The notes beneath the pieces are model-generated. The model worked only from the letters and a program-made list of their open reading frames with translations. It did no database searches and had not been told where the DNA came from. This document shows, in pieces, positions 7,425 to 16,912 of a DNA stretch of 64,000 nucleotides. Source of the stretch: an uncultured Gammaproteobacteria bacterium (lineage in GTDB: Bacteria; Patescibacteriota; Patescibacteriia; Magasanikbacterales; UBA922). The DNA is taken from assembly GCA_964592785.1 (NCBI GenBank), contig CAZQHU010000004.1, forward strand, positions 72 through 64,071. The letters are read 5' to 3'. The position numbers and the translations under genes were made by a program. The number at the start of each line of letters is the position of its first letter. Position 1 is the first letter of the stretch.

Positions 7425-8810
7425 GTGGCTCAGTTTATGACACATGCACAAGCCCAAAAATTCATCCTTTCCTGGACCAAACTAGGAAGAAAAGAATACC
7501 TAAAAGACCCCAAAAAATGCGGTGTTTATCTTCAGCGTCTGCAATATTTTCTTGATTTAATTGGCAATCCGGAAAAACAAATCCCTCATTATATCCATGT
7601 CACTGGCACCAGTGGCAAAGGTTCAGTGTGTTTGATGCTAGATTCAATCTTACGTGCGGACAAACGAAAAGTAGGAACCATGACTTCTCCAGAAATTGGA
7701 CCCACTCAAACTCGTTGGCAAATAAACGGCCAAAAAATGACTGATAAAGAACTAGCAGAGATTATTACTAAATTAAAACCAAAGCTGGATCTATATTTAA
7801 AAACTTCACCCTACGATCCTATCTCACATTTTGAACTCATGACTGCCATCGGACTTTATTGGTTCGCGCAAAAAAAAGTAAAGTGGTGTATTTTGGAAGT
7901 AGGACTCGGTGGACGGTATGACTCAACTAATATAATTCCCCATAAAGATATTGCTGTCATTACTAATATCGGACTGGATCATACGGAAATACTAGGAAAA
8001 ACCAAAGCCAAGATTGCTTATGAAAAAGCAGGAATTATTAAGCCGGGATGTAAAGTATTCACCAATGAACAAAATAAAAAACTATTAAAAATATTTGAAA
8101 AAGAAATTACAAAAAACAAAACAAATACTAAACAAATACTCAAATTATCATGCCAAAAAAACTTACAAACTTACAAACTTACAAACTTACAAACTATTTT
8201 TAAATATCAAAACCATACTTACAATTTAAATACACTTGGGGAACATCAAGTTGGCAATGCTATTCTCGCAATTGAAATAACTAAATCACTCAAAATCCCC
8301 TACTCAACTATTAAACGTGGTTTAGAAAAAGTAAAACTACCACTGCGCATGGAGATAATTTCCAAAAATCCGCTGATAATTCTTGATGGCGCCCATAATC
8401 CTGATAAAATGAAAACGACAGTAGAAACAGTGCGTAAGTTAATAAGTATGCAAGTGAGTAAGTATAAAGAAAAATCACACTTACACACCTATACACTTAT
8501 ACACTTACTCACTGGATTTTCTGCTGACAAAGACCTAAAAACAATGTGTCAACAACTAAAAACCCTAAACCCAAAAACAATCGCCATCACCAAATTCACC
8601 TCCCCTTTCAAAAAATCTGCCAAACCAAAAGATATTGAAAAATTGGCTAAAAAATATTTCAAAAATACCAAAATCAAAATTTTTAGCAACCCTCAAACCG
8701 CTTATACCACTACAAAAAATAAACTCAAAAAAAATGATCTATTATTGGTCACTGGTTCACTATATTTGAGTGGTGAAATTCGCGCTAAATTGACAAAAGC
8801 AAAAAAATGA
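7425..8810 (+). CDS. folC: Folylpolyglutamate synthase / dihydrofolate synthase (Mur-ligase family), with two in-frame repeat insertions
   Basis: Motifs HVTGTSGKGS, EVGLGGRYDSTN, ITNIGLDHTEILG and DGAHNP. Start is GTG 7425 or ATG 7437. Confidence 0.75.
   Translation: MAQFMTHAQAQKFILSWTKLGRKEYLKDPKKCGVYLQRLQYFLDLIGNPEKQIPHYIHVTGTSGKGSVCLMLDSILRADKRKVGTMTSPEIGPTQTRWQINGQKMTDKELAEIITKLKPKLDLYLKTSPYDPISHFELMTAIGLYWFAQKKVKWCILEVGLGGRYDSTNIIPHKDIAVITNIGLDHTEILGKTKAKIAYEKAGIIKPGCKVFTNEQNKKLLKIFEKEITKNKTNTKQILKLSCQKNLQTYKLTNLQTIFKYQNHTYNLNTLGEHQVGNAILAIEITKSLKIPYSTIKRGLEKVKLPLRMEIISKNPLIILDGAHNPDKMKTTVETVRKLISMQVSKYKEKSHLHTYTLIHLLTGFSADKDLKTMCQQLKTLNPKTIAITKFTSPFKKSAKPKDIEKLAKKYFKNTKIKIFSNPQTAYTTTKNKLKKNDLLLVTGSLYLSGEIRAKLTKAKK
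8161..8194 (+). repeat. Tandem octamer (ACTTACAA)x4, in-frame within folC
   Basis: Direct reading. It encodes LQTYKLTNLQT. Confidence 0.7.
8430..8514. repeat. Palindromic GTAAGT-type element inserted in-frame in folC
   Basis: Left arm GTGCGTAAGTTAATAAGTATGCAAGTGAGTAAGTATAAAG. Right arm CACTTACACACCTATACACTTATACACTTACTCAC, which is the inverted complement of GTGAGTAAGT(G/A)TATAAG. Confidence 0.5.
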
Positions 8811-11128
8811 AGTACACTCATTTCTATATGAGTAAAACTCTGGTAATTGTAGAATCTCCTACTAAAGCCAAAACTATAAGTAAATTCCTTGGTAAAGACT
8901 ACGCTGTAGAGTCTTCTTTTGGTCATGTTCGCGATCTACCCAAGAGCAAAATGGGCATAGATATAGAAGGTGGTACTTTCTTGCCCCAATATATTGTTTC
9001 CAAAGAAAAACAAAAGCAAGTAGCAACACTAAAAAAAGCTGCCAATAAAAAAGAAATCATCTTCGCTACTGACGAGGACCGCGAAGGTGAGGCTATTTCT
9101 TGGCATTTGGCAAACCTGCTAGATGTTGACCCCAAAAAAGCCAAACGTATAGTCTTTCACGAAATCACCAAAAGTGCTATTGAAGAAGCGTTGTCTAACC
9201 CTCGCTCAATTGATTTAAAATTGGTTGATGCCCAACAAGCCCGCCGTATCTTGGATAGATTGGTTGGCTATGAACTTTCTCCATTACTTTGGAAAAAAGT
9301 CGCTCGCGGACTTTCAGCCGGACGGGTGCAGTCTGTAGCTGTCAGATTGATTGTGGAAAGGGAAAGGGAAAGAATCGCTTTCAATTCAGAAGAATATTGG
9401 AGTCTCGAAGGAATATTTAACAAACAAAATAATCCACAAAATTTCAAAGCCCAACTACAGGCCATTAACGATAAAAAACTTGATAAACTGGATTTAAAAG
9501 ACAAAGAACAGGTTGAAGAAATTTTAAAAAATTTAGAAAAAGCTGAATACCAAATTAGCGATCTCAAGAAGTCAGAGACCAGACGTACTCCCCCACCACC
9601 CTTTACCACTTCTACTCTACAACAAAATGCTAGTAATCGTTTCGGATTTTCTGCCAAACAAACAATGGTTTTGGCACAACAACTTTATGAAGGTGTGGAA
9701 CTTGGTAGTGAAGGTTCCATCGGTCTAATTACCTACATGCGTACTGATTCAGTAAATCTGTCTGCCAAATTTCTTTCCGAAGCCAAAGAATTGATTAACA
9801 AAGAATTTGGTTCAAAATATAATCTAGAAAAACCTCGCTATTACGCCAACAAATCCAAAGGCGCTCAAGAAGCCCATGAAGCTATTCGTCCAGCCGATGT
9901 CTTTCGCACTCCAGAATCAGTAAAAGATTACTTATCACCTCAACAATACAAGCTCTATTCTCTGATTTGGAACCGAGCTGTTGCCACTCAAATGGCCGAA
10001 GCCAGATTAAATAAAACCACAATTGATATTCAAAATTCTTTAAACTCCGAACTCCGAACTCCGAACAATCTCTACACTTTCCGTGCCAATGGCCAAACTA
10101 TGATTTTTGATGGTTGGCTCAAGCTTTTCCCCGGCATGCTCAGTGAAGAAATACTGCCAGAATTAAAAATAAATGATAAATTGGAATGCCAAGAACTAAA
10201 ACCAGAACAACATTTTACCGAACCGCCAGCTCGTTATTCTGATGCTACTTTGGTCAAATCTTTGGAAGAATATGGCATCGGCCGTCCTTCCACCTATGCT
10301 CCGACTATCGCTACTATTGAAGATCGTGGCTACGTAGAACGGGATGAAAACAAAAAATTATTCCCCAAAAAAATCGCTTTTATTGTCAATGATTTATTAG
10401 TGGAACACTTCCCGCAAATTGTTGATTATAAATTCACAGCCCAAATGGAAGAAAATCTTGATGATATTGCCGAAGGCAAAAAAGATTGGCAACCAATCAT
10501 TGCCACTTTTTACTCACCTTTCCATGAATTAATTGAACAAAAAACTACTGCCATATCCAAGTCTGAAACTACTGGTCAACGCGAGCTGGGGCTTGACCCC
10601 AAAACCGGCAAAAAGGTTTCAGTAAGAATTGGACGTTATGGGGCTTTCGCCCAATTAGGCGACAAAGACGATGAAGAAAAACCTAAATTTGCCAAACTTA
10701 AAAAAGGCCAAAATCTGGACACCGTTACACTGGAAGAAATTCTACCACTTTTTGAATTGCCAAAAATCTTGGGAAAAAATGAAAATGGCGAAGAAGTCAC
10801 TGTTGCTATTGGCCGTTTTGGACCCTATGTAAAAATTGGGACTAACAATTTTTCTATCAAAGGCCATGATCCATATGCTATTACTCTAACTGAAGTACTG
10901 GAAATTACCAAAGAACAAGCAGAAAAAAAAGCCAGCGCTGAAATAAAAACTTTTCCTGATTCAGAGATTAAAATTTTAAATGGCAAATACGGACCTTATA
11001 TCACTGACGGAAAAAAGAATGCCAAAATTCCTACTGATAAGGAGCCGGCGGAACTAACTCTATCTGAATGTGAAGAACTAATAAAAAACGCTCCGATGAG
11101 AAAAAAAAGGTTTTACAAGAAAAAATAA
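8807..11128 (+). CDS. topA: DNA topoisomerase I
   Basis: TOPRIM (LVIVESPTKAKTI), the active-site YMRTDS region, and C-terminal Zn-ribbon-like repeats. Confidence 0.9.
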   Translation: MKYTHFYMSKTLVIVESPTKAKTISKFLGKDYAVESSFGHVRDLPKSKMGIDIEGGTFLPQYIVSKEKQKQVATLKKAANKKEIIFATDEDREGEAISWHLANLLDVDPKKAKRIVFHEITKSAIEEALSNPRSIDLKLVDAQQARRILDRLVGYELSPLLWKKVARGLSAGRVQSVAVRLIVERERERIAFNSEEYWSLEGIFNKQNNPQNFKAQLQAINDKKLDKLDLKDKEQVEEILKNLEKAEYQISDLKKSETRRTPPPPFTTSTLQQNASNRFGFSAKQTMVLAQQLYEGVELGSEGSIGLITYMRTDSVNLSAKFLSEAKELINKEFGSKYNLEKPRYYANKSKGAQEAHEAIRPADVFRTPESVKDYLSPQQYKLYSLIWNRAVATQMAEARLNKTTIDIQNSLNSELRTPNNLYTFRANGQTMIFDGWLKLFPGMLSEEILPELKINDKLECQELKPEQHFTEPPARYSDATLVKSLEEYGIGRPSTYAPTIATIEDRGYVERDENKKLFPKKIAFIVNDLLVEHFPQIVDYKFTAQMEENLDDIAEGKKDWQPIIATFYSPFHELIEQKTTAISKSETTGQRELGLDPKTGKKVSVRIGRYGAFAQLGDKDDEEKPKFAKLKKGQNLDTVTLEEILPLFELPKILGKNENGEEVTVAIGRFGPYVKIGTNNFSIKGHDPYAITLTEVLEITKEQAEKKASAEIKTFPDSEIKILNGKYGPYITDGKKNAKIPTDKEPAELTLSECEELIKNAPMRKKRFYKKK

Positions 11129-11144
11129 ACGTCCTCAAAACATT

Positions 11145-11172
11145 AAAATCCCGATTTTATCGGGATTTTAAT
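11145..11172 (+). terminator. Terminator hairpin after topA
   Basis: AAAATCCCGATTTTATCGGGATTTTA. Confidence 0.4.
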
Positions 11173-11330
11173 GTAGCGGCGAGGAGGTAGCCTCAACGCC
11201 AATTGGTGATACTAAGGCTCTCTTACCGCTACAGAATTATTCTAACATAACCTTAACAAAAAGAAAACCCCCGTCTTTTGAACTGGAGTTTTCTTTAGGC
11301 TTTAAAGTTACCTAAACCTTAGTATCACTG
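11173..11330 (+). other. Structured intergenic region upstream of the RSH gene; candidate leader or ncRNA
   Basis: Nested and mutually exclusive stems: GTAGCGG..CCGCTAC, GGTGATACTAAGG..CCTTAGTATCAC, AGAAAAC..GTTTTCT. Confidence 0.25.
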
Positions 11331-11430
11331 GTCTAAGTATAGCAAAAAATATTAACTTTGTCAAGTTTTTTTATGTTTAATTGACTTATCCGCTTGCAAA
11401 AATGGCTAAAATATAGTAAAAATATAATAA

Positions 11431-12927
11431 GTGCTTTTTATGACCAAAAAACCAACTATAGACAATTTACTGAAGAAAATAGAAGAATACGCTCCCCAAG
11501 CCGATTTGAATTTAATCCAGCTTGTTTATGATTTTGCTGAAGAAGCCCACAAAGGTCAACTTCGTAAATCTGGTGAACCCTATATCAACCATCCTTTGGC
11601 GACAGCTCATATTTTGGCTGACATGCGCATTGACCCGGTGATTATCTGCGCTGCGCTTTTGCATGATGTACCAGAGGACACATCTATTACTTTGGAAGAA
11701 ATCAAAAAAAACTTTGGTAGTGAAATTGCTTCTCTGGTTGAAGGTATCACCAAACTTGGTAAATTGAAGTATCGCGGTGTAGAACGTTATATAGAAAATT
11801 TACGAAAAATGTTTATTGCCATGGCCGAAGATATCCGAGTAATGATCCTCAAATTTGCCGATCGTATTCATAATTTACAAACTCTGGATGCTCTACCCCC
11901 TCAAAAACAATATCGAATCGCTTTGGAAAGTTTGGAAATTTACTCAGCCATCGCCAACCGGCTAGGTATGGGTGAAGTAAAAGGCATGTTGGAAGATCTT
12001 TCTTTCAAATACATTTATCCCAAAGAATACGCCGAAACCAAAAAAATTCAAGATGAAAAACTCAAAGACAAAAAACAATTGCTAGAAAAAATACAAAAAA
12101 TGGCTGAGGAAGGGCTAACTGATTCTGGAATTCCAGTTATTTCTCTGCATGGAAGAAGCAAAAGATTATATAGTCTTTATCAAAAATTACAAAGAAAAGA
12201 AAATGACATCACCAAAATCTATGATCTAGTGGCTATTCGCATACTGGTCCCAACTATTGCCGACTGTTATGCTTCGCTCGGTATCCTCCACAAGATTTGG
12301 AAACCGCTCAAAGGACGGATCAAAGACTATATTGCTCAACCCAAACCCAATGGTTATCAATCTCTTCATACCACGGTCTTTGTGGGAGAAGGTGAAGTGG
12401 TGGAATTTCAAATTCGTACCGCTGATATGCACGAAGAAGCAGAATATGGTGCAGCGGCTCACTGGCACTATGATGAGCATGGCTCGCGTTTACCTGCAAA
12501 AGAAATAAAATGGGTCAAAGAATTGGCCAATATTCAACGTGATTTTTTGAGTCGATTGTCTGATTTAGAAGTTATAAAAGTAGATTTTTTGGAAAGTAGA
12601 ATTTTTGTTTTTACGCCTCGTGGTGATGTGATCGATCTCCCCGAAAATGCCACCCCTATAGATTTTGCTTACCACATTCACACTAATATTGGTGATAAGT
12701 GCGGTGGCGCCCTGATCAATGATCAAATGATGAGTCTAGATACCAGTTTAAAAAATGGCGATGTAGTAGAAATCATCACTGACAAAAATCGCAAAGGACC
12801 AAGTCCAGATTGGCTGAAATTTGTGAAAACTCATACTGCCAAAAATCATATAAACAACTACATCAAAAACCAACATCATTCACAAATTTCCAATTGGTTC
12901 AAATACATTAACCCCAAAAAAGAATAA
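11431..12927 (+). CDS. Short RelA/SpoT homologue: (p)ppGpp hydrolase (HD) and synthetase domains plus a TGS domain
   Basis: HD motif HDVPEDT, synthetase motif RIKDYIAQPKPNGYQSLHTTV, and TGS VFTPRGDVIDLP. The ATG at 11440 is the likely start. Confidence 0.85.
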   Translation: MLFMTKKPTIDNLLKKIEEYAPQADLNLIQLVYDFAEEAHKGQLRKSGEPYINHPLATAHILADMRIDPVIICAALLHDVPEDTSITLEEIKKNFGSEIASLVEGITKLGKLKYRGVERYIENLRKMFIAMAEDIRVMILKFADRIHNLQTLDALPPQKQYRIALESLEIYSAIANRLGMGEVKGMLEDLSFKYIYPKEYAETKKIQDEKLKDKKQLLEKIQKMAEEGLTDSGIPVISLHGRSKRLYSLYQKLQRKENDITKIYDLVAIRILVPTIADCYASLGILHKIWKPLKGRIKDYIAQPKPNGYQSLHTTVFVGEGEVVEFQIRTADMHEEAEYGAAAHWHYDEHGSRLPAKEIKWVKELANIQRDFLSRLSDLEVIKVDFLESRIFVFTPRGDVIDLPENATPIDFAYHIHTNIGDKCGGALINDQMMSLDTSLKNGDVVEIITDKNRKGPSPDWLKFVKTHTAKNHINNYIKNQHHSQISNWFKYINPKKE

Positions 12928-12976
12928 AAAAACCAGGTTTTGTAAAAACTCCACCTGGTAAAATAAATTTTTAATA

Positions 12977-13012
12977 AAACCGATAATCCAAACTGGGATA
13001 AATCGGTTTTTT
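12977..13012. terminator. Bidirectional terminator between the RSH gene and parB
   Basis: AACCGAT...ATCGGTT hairpin with T runs on both strands. Confidence 0.5.
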
Positions 13013-13862
13013 AGGTAAGTTCGGACAATAAACGTCGAAACTCTTCACGAGAGTAATATTCAATTTCAATTTTTCCTCTCTCCCCTTTTTGACTAATGAA
13101 GACCTTGGTCCCCAAACGCTCTTCCAAAAGTTTTTCTGCTGCCAAAAGATTGGGGTCACGACGCACAGAACCTTTTAATGAACTTGCTGGCTTACGAGCT
13201 ATATTTTGTGTCAAATCACGAACTGTCATTTTCTCGCCCTGCATACTAGCAAACATTTCCAACTGTTCTTTTTCATTTTTTAAAGACAATAATGCCTTAG
13301 CCTGTCCCACATTTATTTTTCCATCAGCCAAAGCTTTTTGTACCAGCTCTGGCAAATCCAAAAGACGAACCATATTGGCCACCGTCGGCCTCCCCTTACC
13401 CACCTTTTTGGCCACTTCTTCTTGGGTCAAATTGAATTCATCCAAAAGTCTTTGATAAGCAAAAGCTTCTTCAATAGGATTCAAATTTTGTCTTTGGATA
13501 TTCTCAATCAAGGCAATTTCTAATTTTTCCTGTTGAGTGGCACTTCTGACAATCGCCGGGATATTTTCCAAACCAGCTATTTGCGAAGCCCGAAAACGTC
13601 GTTCGCCGACAATCAGTTCATAACCACCTTCAGATCTTTCGGTAACGACTACCGGTTGAATCACCCCATGTTCTTTTATGGAAGCCACTAGATCTTCCAA
13701 TTCTTGATGTGAAAATTCCTGGCGTGGTTGTTCAGGATTGGGAGTAATTTCTGAAAGAGGAATCTGCCAAATTCGGTGGTTATCCAAAATTCCAGTTTCT
13801 TTACGAATTATTTTGCGACTGGTTTGTGGAAGAAGAGAATTTAAACCTTTGCCTAGAGCCAT
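13011..13862 (-). CDS. parB: Chromosome partitioning protein ParB/Spo0J
   Basis: ParB N-terminal box (GERRFRAS), HTH and dimerisation domain. Confidence 0.9.
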   Translation of the reverse strand: MALGKGLNSLLPQTSRKIIRKETGILDNHRIWQIPLSEITPNPEQPRQEFSHQELEDLVASIKEHGVIQPVVVTERSEGGYELIVGERRFRASQIAGLENIPAIVRSATQQEKLEIALIENIQRQNLNPIEEAFAYQRLLDEFNLTQEEVAKKVGKGRPTVANMVRLLDLPELVQKALADGKINVGQAKALLSLKNEKEQLEMFASMQGEKMTVRDLTQNIARKPASSLKGSVRRDPNLLAAEKLLEERLGTKVFISQKGERGKIEIEYYSREEFRRLLSELT

Positions 13863-13863
13863 A

Positions 13864-14637
13864 TTAAAAATTATGATTATGTTTATCTAAAATTTCTTTG
13901 GTCAATCGTTCATAAGCGCTAGCTCCCTTACCTCCCGGTTCATAATGAAAAATTGATTTACCAAAACTAGGAGCCTCGGCCAAACGTACAGTGCGTGGAA
14001 TCACACTGCGAAAAATAGTATCGGGAAAATATTGATAGAGCTCATTCATAATATCTTCAGAAAGTCGAGTACGTTTATCAAACATGGTGATCACTGCTCC
14101 CAAGATTTTTAATTCTGGTTTAACATGAGTTTGAATCAAATTGATAGTTTGTAATAATTGACCCAATCCTTCCAAAGCATAATATTCTGCCTGAACAGGA
14201 ATCAATAATTCATCGGCTGCCACCAAACTATTTACAGTCAAAAGACCAAGAGAGGGAGGACAATCAACCACTACGTAATCATAAGCGTGTTTGATCTCAG
14301 AAAGTAAATCCGAAAGCTGATGTTCACGGCGCTCCACATCCACCAGCTCAATATTGGCCCCGGCCAAATTGGCAGTAGCAGGAGCTACCCGCAAACCTTG
14401 ATGAGCAGTATTCCTTACTACATCATGAAAACGTCTTTGTTTGGCCAAAGCTTCATAAATCCCATATTCTACTTTGTCCCGACCCAAACCAAGACCACTA
14501 GAAGCATTACCCTGTGGATCCATATCCACCAAGAGCACGAACTTGCCCATTTCAGCCAAAAAAGCCGCCAAATTGATCGCTGTGGTGGTCTTACCTACTC
14601 CTCCTTTTTGATTAACAACAGAAATTATTTTTGTCAT
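13864..14637 (-). CDS. parA: Chromosome partitioning ATPase ParA/Soj
   Basis: Deviant Walker A KGGVGKTT. Confidence 0.9.
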   Translation of the reverse strand: MTKIISVVNQKGGVGKTTTAINLAAFLAEMGKFVLLVDMDPQGNASSGLGLGRDKVEYGIYEALAKQRRFHDVVRNTAHQGLRVAPATANLAGANIELVDVERREHQLSDLLSEIKHAYDYVVVDCPPSLGLLTVNSLVAADELLIPVQAEYYALEGLGQLLQTINLIQTHVKPELKILGAVITMFDKRTRLSEDIMNELYQYFPDTIFRSVIPRTVRLAEAPSFGKSIFHYEPGGKGASAYERLTKEILDKHNHNF

Positions 14638-14656
14638 GCAAGTATTATAACAAATA

Positions 14657-14685
14657 TTGACAAAAAAAAGAATATTCTATATAAT
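14657..14685 (+). promoter_or_regulatory. Promoter TTGACA-17-TATAAT for tRNA-Leu
   Basis: Consensus hexamers at 14657-14662 and 14680-14685. The tRNA begins about 16 nt downstream. Confidence 0.5.
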
Positions 14686-14701
14686 ATACCCACTTTTTAA
14701 T

Positions 14702-14786
14702 GCCGCTGTGGTGGAACTGGTAGACACGCACGACTCAAAATCGTGTGCCGTAAGGCATGTCGGTTCAAGTCCGACCAGCGGTACCA
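14702..14786 (+). tRNA. tRNA-Leu (anticodon CAA), type II with long variable arm, CCA encoded
   Basis: GCCGCTG..., anticodon arm ACGAC-TCAAAAT-CGTGT, variable arm GCCGTAAGGCATGTC, T-arm GTCGG-TTCAAGT-CCGAC, acceptor CAGCGGT, then A-CCA. Confidence 0.9.
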
Positions 14787-14843
14787 GAAGCCCTAATTAA
14801 AATCAAAGGGCAATACCATAAAAAATCTCCATTCAGGAGATTT

Positions 14844-15353
14844 TTATTTTGCCAATAACCAACGTAAAGAACTGCCAGCAAACAAAGTAATGCCCGTAAC
14901 TATCAAAGCTGCCAACAAAATTCCTCCAAAAATTGCTGGCCAAGATTTTTTGAAAGGAATATTAAAAACAAAAGCTGCCAAAGATCCTGTCCAAGCTCCA
15001 GTGATTGGCAAAGGAATACCCACAAAAATCACCAAACCTAAGAGTCCCCAACGAGCAAAATTACCTTTAAATTTTTTTTCTGCTCTTTCCAAAAAATGAG
15101 TAAAAATTCTTCCTAAAATTTTCTTTTCAACCAACCAATCGTGTAATTTGGGAATGATTAATAAAATAAAAGTTGGTGGAACTAAATTTCCCAATACTGA
15201 CCAAAAAACCGCCGACATAAGCGGTAGTTTATAAACCTCCAACGCCAAAGGAATCGCTGCTCGCAATTCACCAATCGGCGTCATAGCAATTAAAAAAACA
15301 GAAAGTTCACTGGAGAAATTCATAATTTTATTCTGGCCAAGAATAATTTGCAA
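14844..15353 (-). CDS. Small multidrug-export-like membrane protein (COG2426 family)
   Basis: About 4 TM helices and a GELRAAIPLA motif. Confidence 0.45.
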   Translation of the reverse strand: MQIILGQNKIMNFSSELSVFLIAMTPIGELRAAIPLALEVYKLPLMSAVFWSVLGNLVPPTFILLIIPKLHDWLVEKKILGRIFTHFLERAEKKFKGNFARWGLLGLVIFVGIPLPITGAWTGSLAAFVFNIPFKKSWPAIFGGILLAALIVTGITLFAGSSLRWLLAK

Positions 15354-16341
15354 AAACCCATTCTGCTATCTCTTTGGCTTCAGTAAAACGCGCTTCATGA
15401 GTGCTAGCACCCAAAATTACCAGATTAATTTTATGACCCCACTCATCAGCAACCTGCATGGTAAAATTATAACCCGAAGCTCCAATAAAGCCGGTTTTAC
15501 CCAATACTGATCCAGTAAAATTATTTGGCACCCAACCGAGCAACAACCAATTGGTATTCCAAAGATGATGCTGTTTTTTACGTTCTTTAGAATAAAGATT
15601 CAATTCTTTCAAAGCCAAAGTTTCACGAATTTTGTCATGACGCAGAGCTTCATTCAAAAGTATAACCACATCCGAAGCACTGGCAGAATCTTCACTTTCC
15701 AAACCAGTAGAATCCACAAAATAAGACTGACTCATTCCCAATTCCAAAGCTTTTTGATTCATTCTCTCCACAAAAGCATCTTCCGGCCACCCCAAAGCAT
15801 TACTCAAAGTCAAAATCGCTTTATTGGAAGACCCTACCAAAGCTGCTTGCCAAAGCTCCTCAAAACTATAAGTATCACCAGCGTACATATGAGTATCCAA
15901 AGAATCAGCGCCAATAACAGTGGTAGTAGCTGTCCAATCAGGATTTTTTTCCAAAATTACCAAAGCACTCAAAAGCTTGGTAATACTGGCAATTGGCCTC
16001 ACTGTGTACTCATTTTTACTCAGTAAAAGTGCACCAGTTTTTTGATCTTTGACCAAAATACTCAAAGCACTGAACTTGTCCAAGGACAGCATTTCTCCTT
16101 TAAGCTCAGGGAGTTGAGGTTTAACAACAGTTGGTGGTGGTAAATTTAAATCGCCACCATGTTCATTGGAAAAAACTAAGGGTTGAATAATTCTTTCTTT
16201 TACCAAATCTAACTTGGGTGAAGACCAATCTTTTTGACTGAAAAAAAACATAAACCCTGCTACAAACAACATCAAAATCGCAACTAACGAACGCCATTTA
16301 TTACCCTTATTATTAATGTTACTTTCCAAAAAATTTCCCAT
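15328..16341 (-). CDS. D-alanyl-D-alanine carboxypeptidase (PBP5/6-like serine peptidase)
   Basis: Motifs SxxK (ASITKL), SxN (SSNKA) and KTG (KTGF). Confidence 0.75.
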   Translation of the reverse strand: MGNFLESNINNKGNKWRSLVAILMLFVAGFMFFFSQKDWSSPKLDLVKERIIQPLVFSNEHGGDLNLPPPTVVKPQLPELKGEMLSLDKFSALSILVKDQKTGALLLSKNEYTVRPIASITKLLSALVILEKNPDWTATTTVIGADSLDTHMYAGDTYSFEELWQAALVGSSNKAILTLSNALGWPEDAFVERMNQKALELGMSQSYFVDSTGLESEDSASASDVVILLNEALRHDKIRETLALKELNLYSKERKKQHHLWNTNWLLLGWVPNNFTGSVLGKTGFIGASGYNFTMQVADEWGHKINLVILGASTHEARFTEAKEIAEWVFANYSWPE

Positions 16342-16342
16342 A

Positions 16343-16888
16343 TTAATCTTCTTTATTCTCTAAAGTTTTTTCTATAAATTCATGACTGTGCAACTCCTGA
16401 TAATTGGGTAATTCCTTTGGAGAAACTATACCCAAATGTCGTAAGGCCTCAAAAGATAATGAAAAAGTTGGTAATATTTTATTGATATTTTCTTCGCTTT
16501 CTTCGATCAAACCACGTAATAAAAGATTCCTCAAAATCAAAGCACAATTAACCCCCCGAATTTGTTCCAATTCTGGACGAGTGATTGGCCCACGATAAGC
16601 AATCACCGTCAAAGTTTCCAACTGAGCTTTGGTCAATTCACCACTTGCCTCTTCTTTGATAAATAATTCAACTACCTCAATATTTTCAGGATCTGTTGCC
16701 ATCTGTACTTGATTGTCAATTTGTAAAATTTTCAAACCAGAAGAGGGATTATTATATTTCAAAACCAATTCTCCAATAGCATTTTTCACCTCTTCTTCTT
16801 TTTGTTGCACAGCTTTGGCAATCTCACGATAAGAAAGTGGCTTGGAAGCCACAAACAATATTGATTCAATTTGTGAAACTAAATTCAT
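16343..16888 (-). CDS. scpB: Segregation and condensation protein B
   Basis: Tandem ScpB winged-helix domains (VIAYRGPITRPELEQIRGV). Confidence 0.85.
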   Translation of the reverse strand: MNLVSQIESILFVASKPLSYREIAKAVQQKEEEVKNAIGELVLKYNNPSSGLKILQIDNQVQMATDPENIEVVELFIKEEASGELTKAQLETLTVIAYRGPITRPELEQIRGVNCALILRNLLLRGLIEESEENINKILPTFSLSFEALRHLGIVSPKELPNYQELHSHEFIEKTLENKED

Positions 16889-16912
16889 AGTTACAATATA
16901 ATAACAAAAAAA

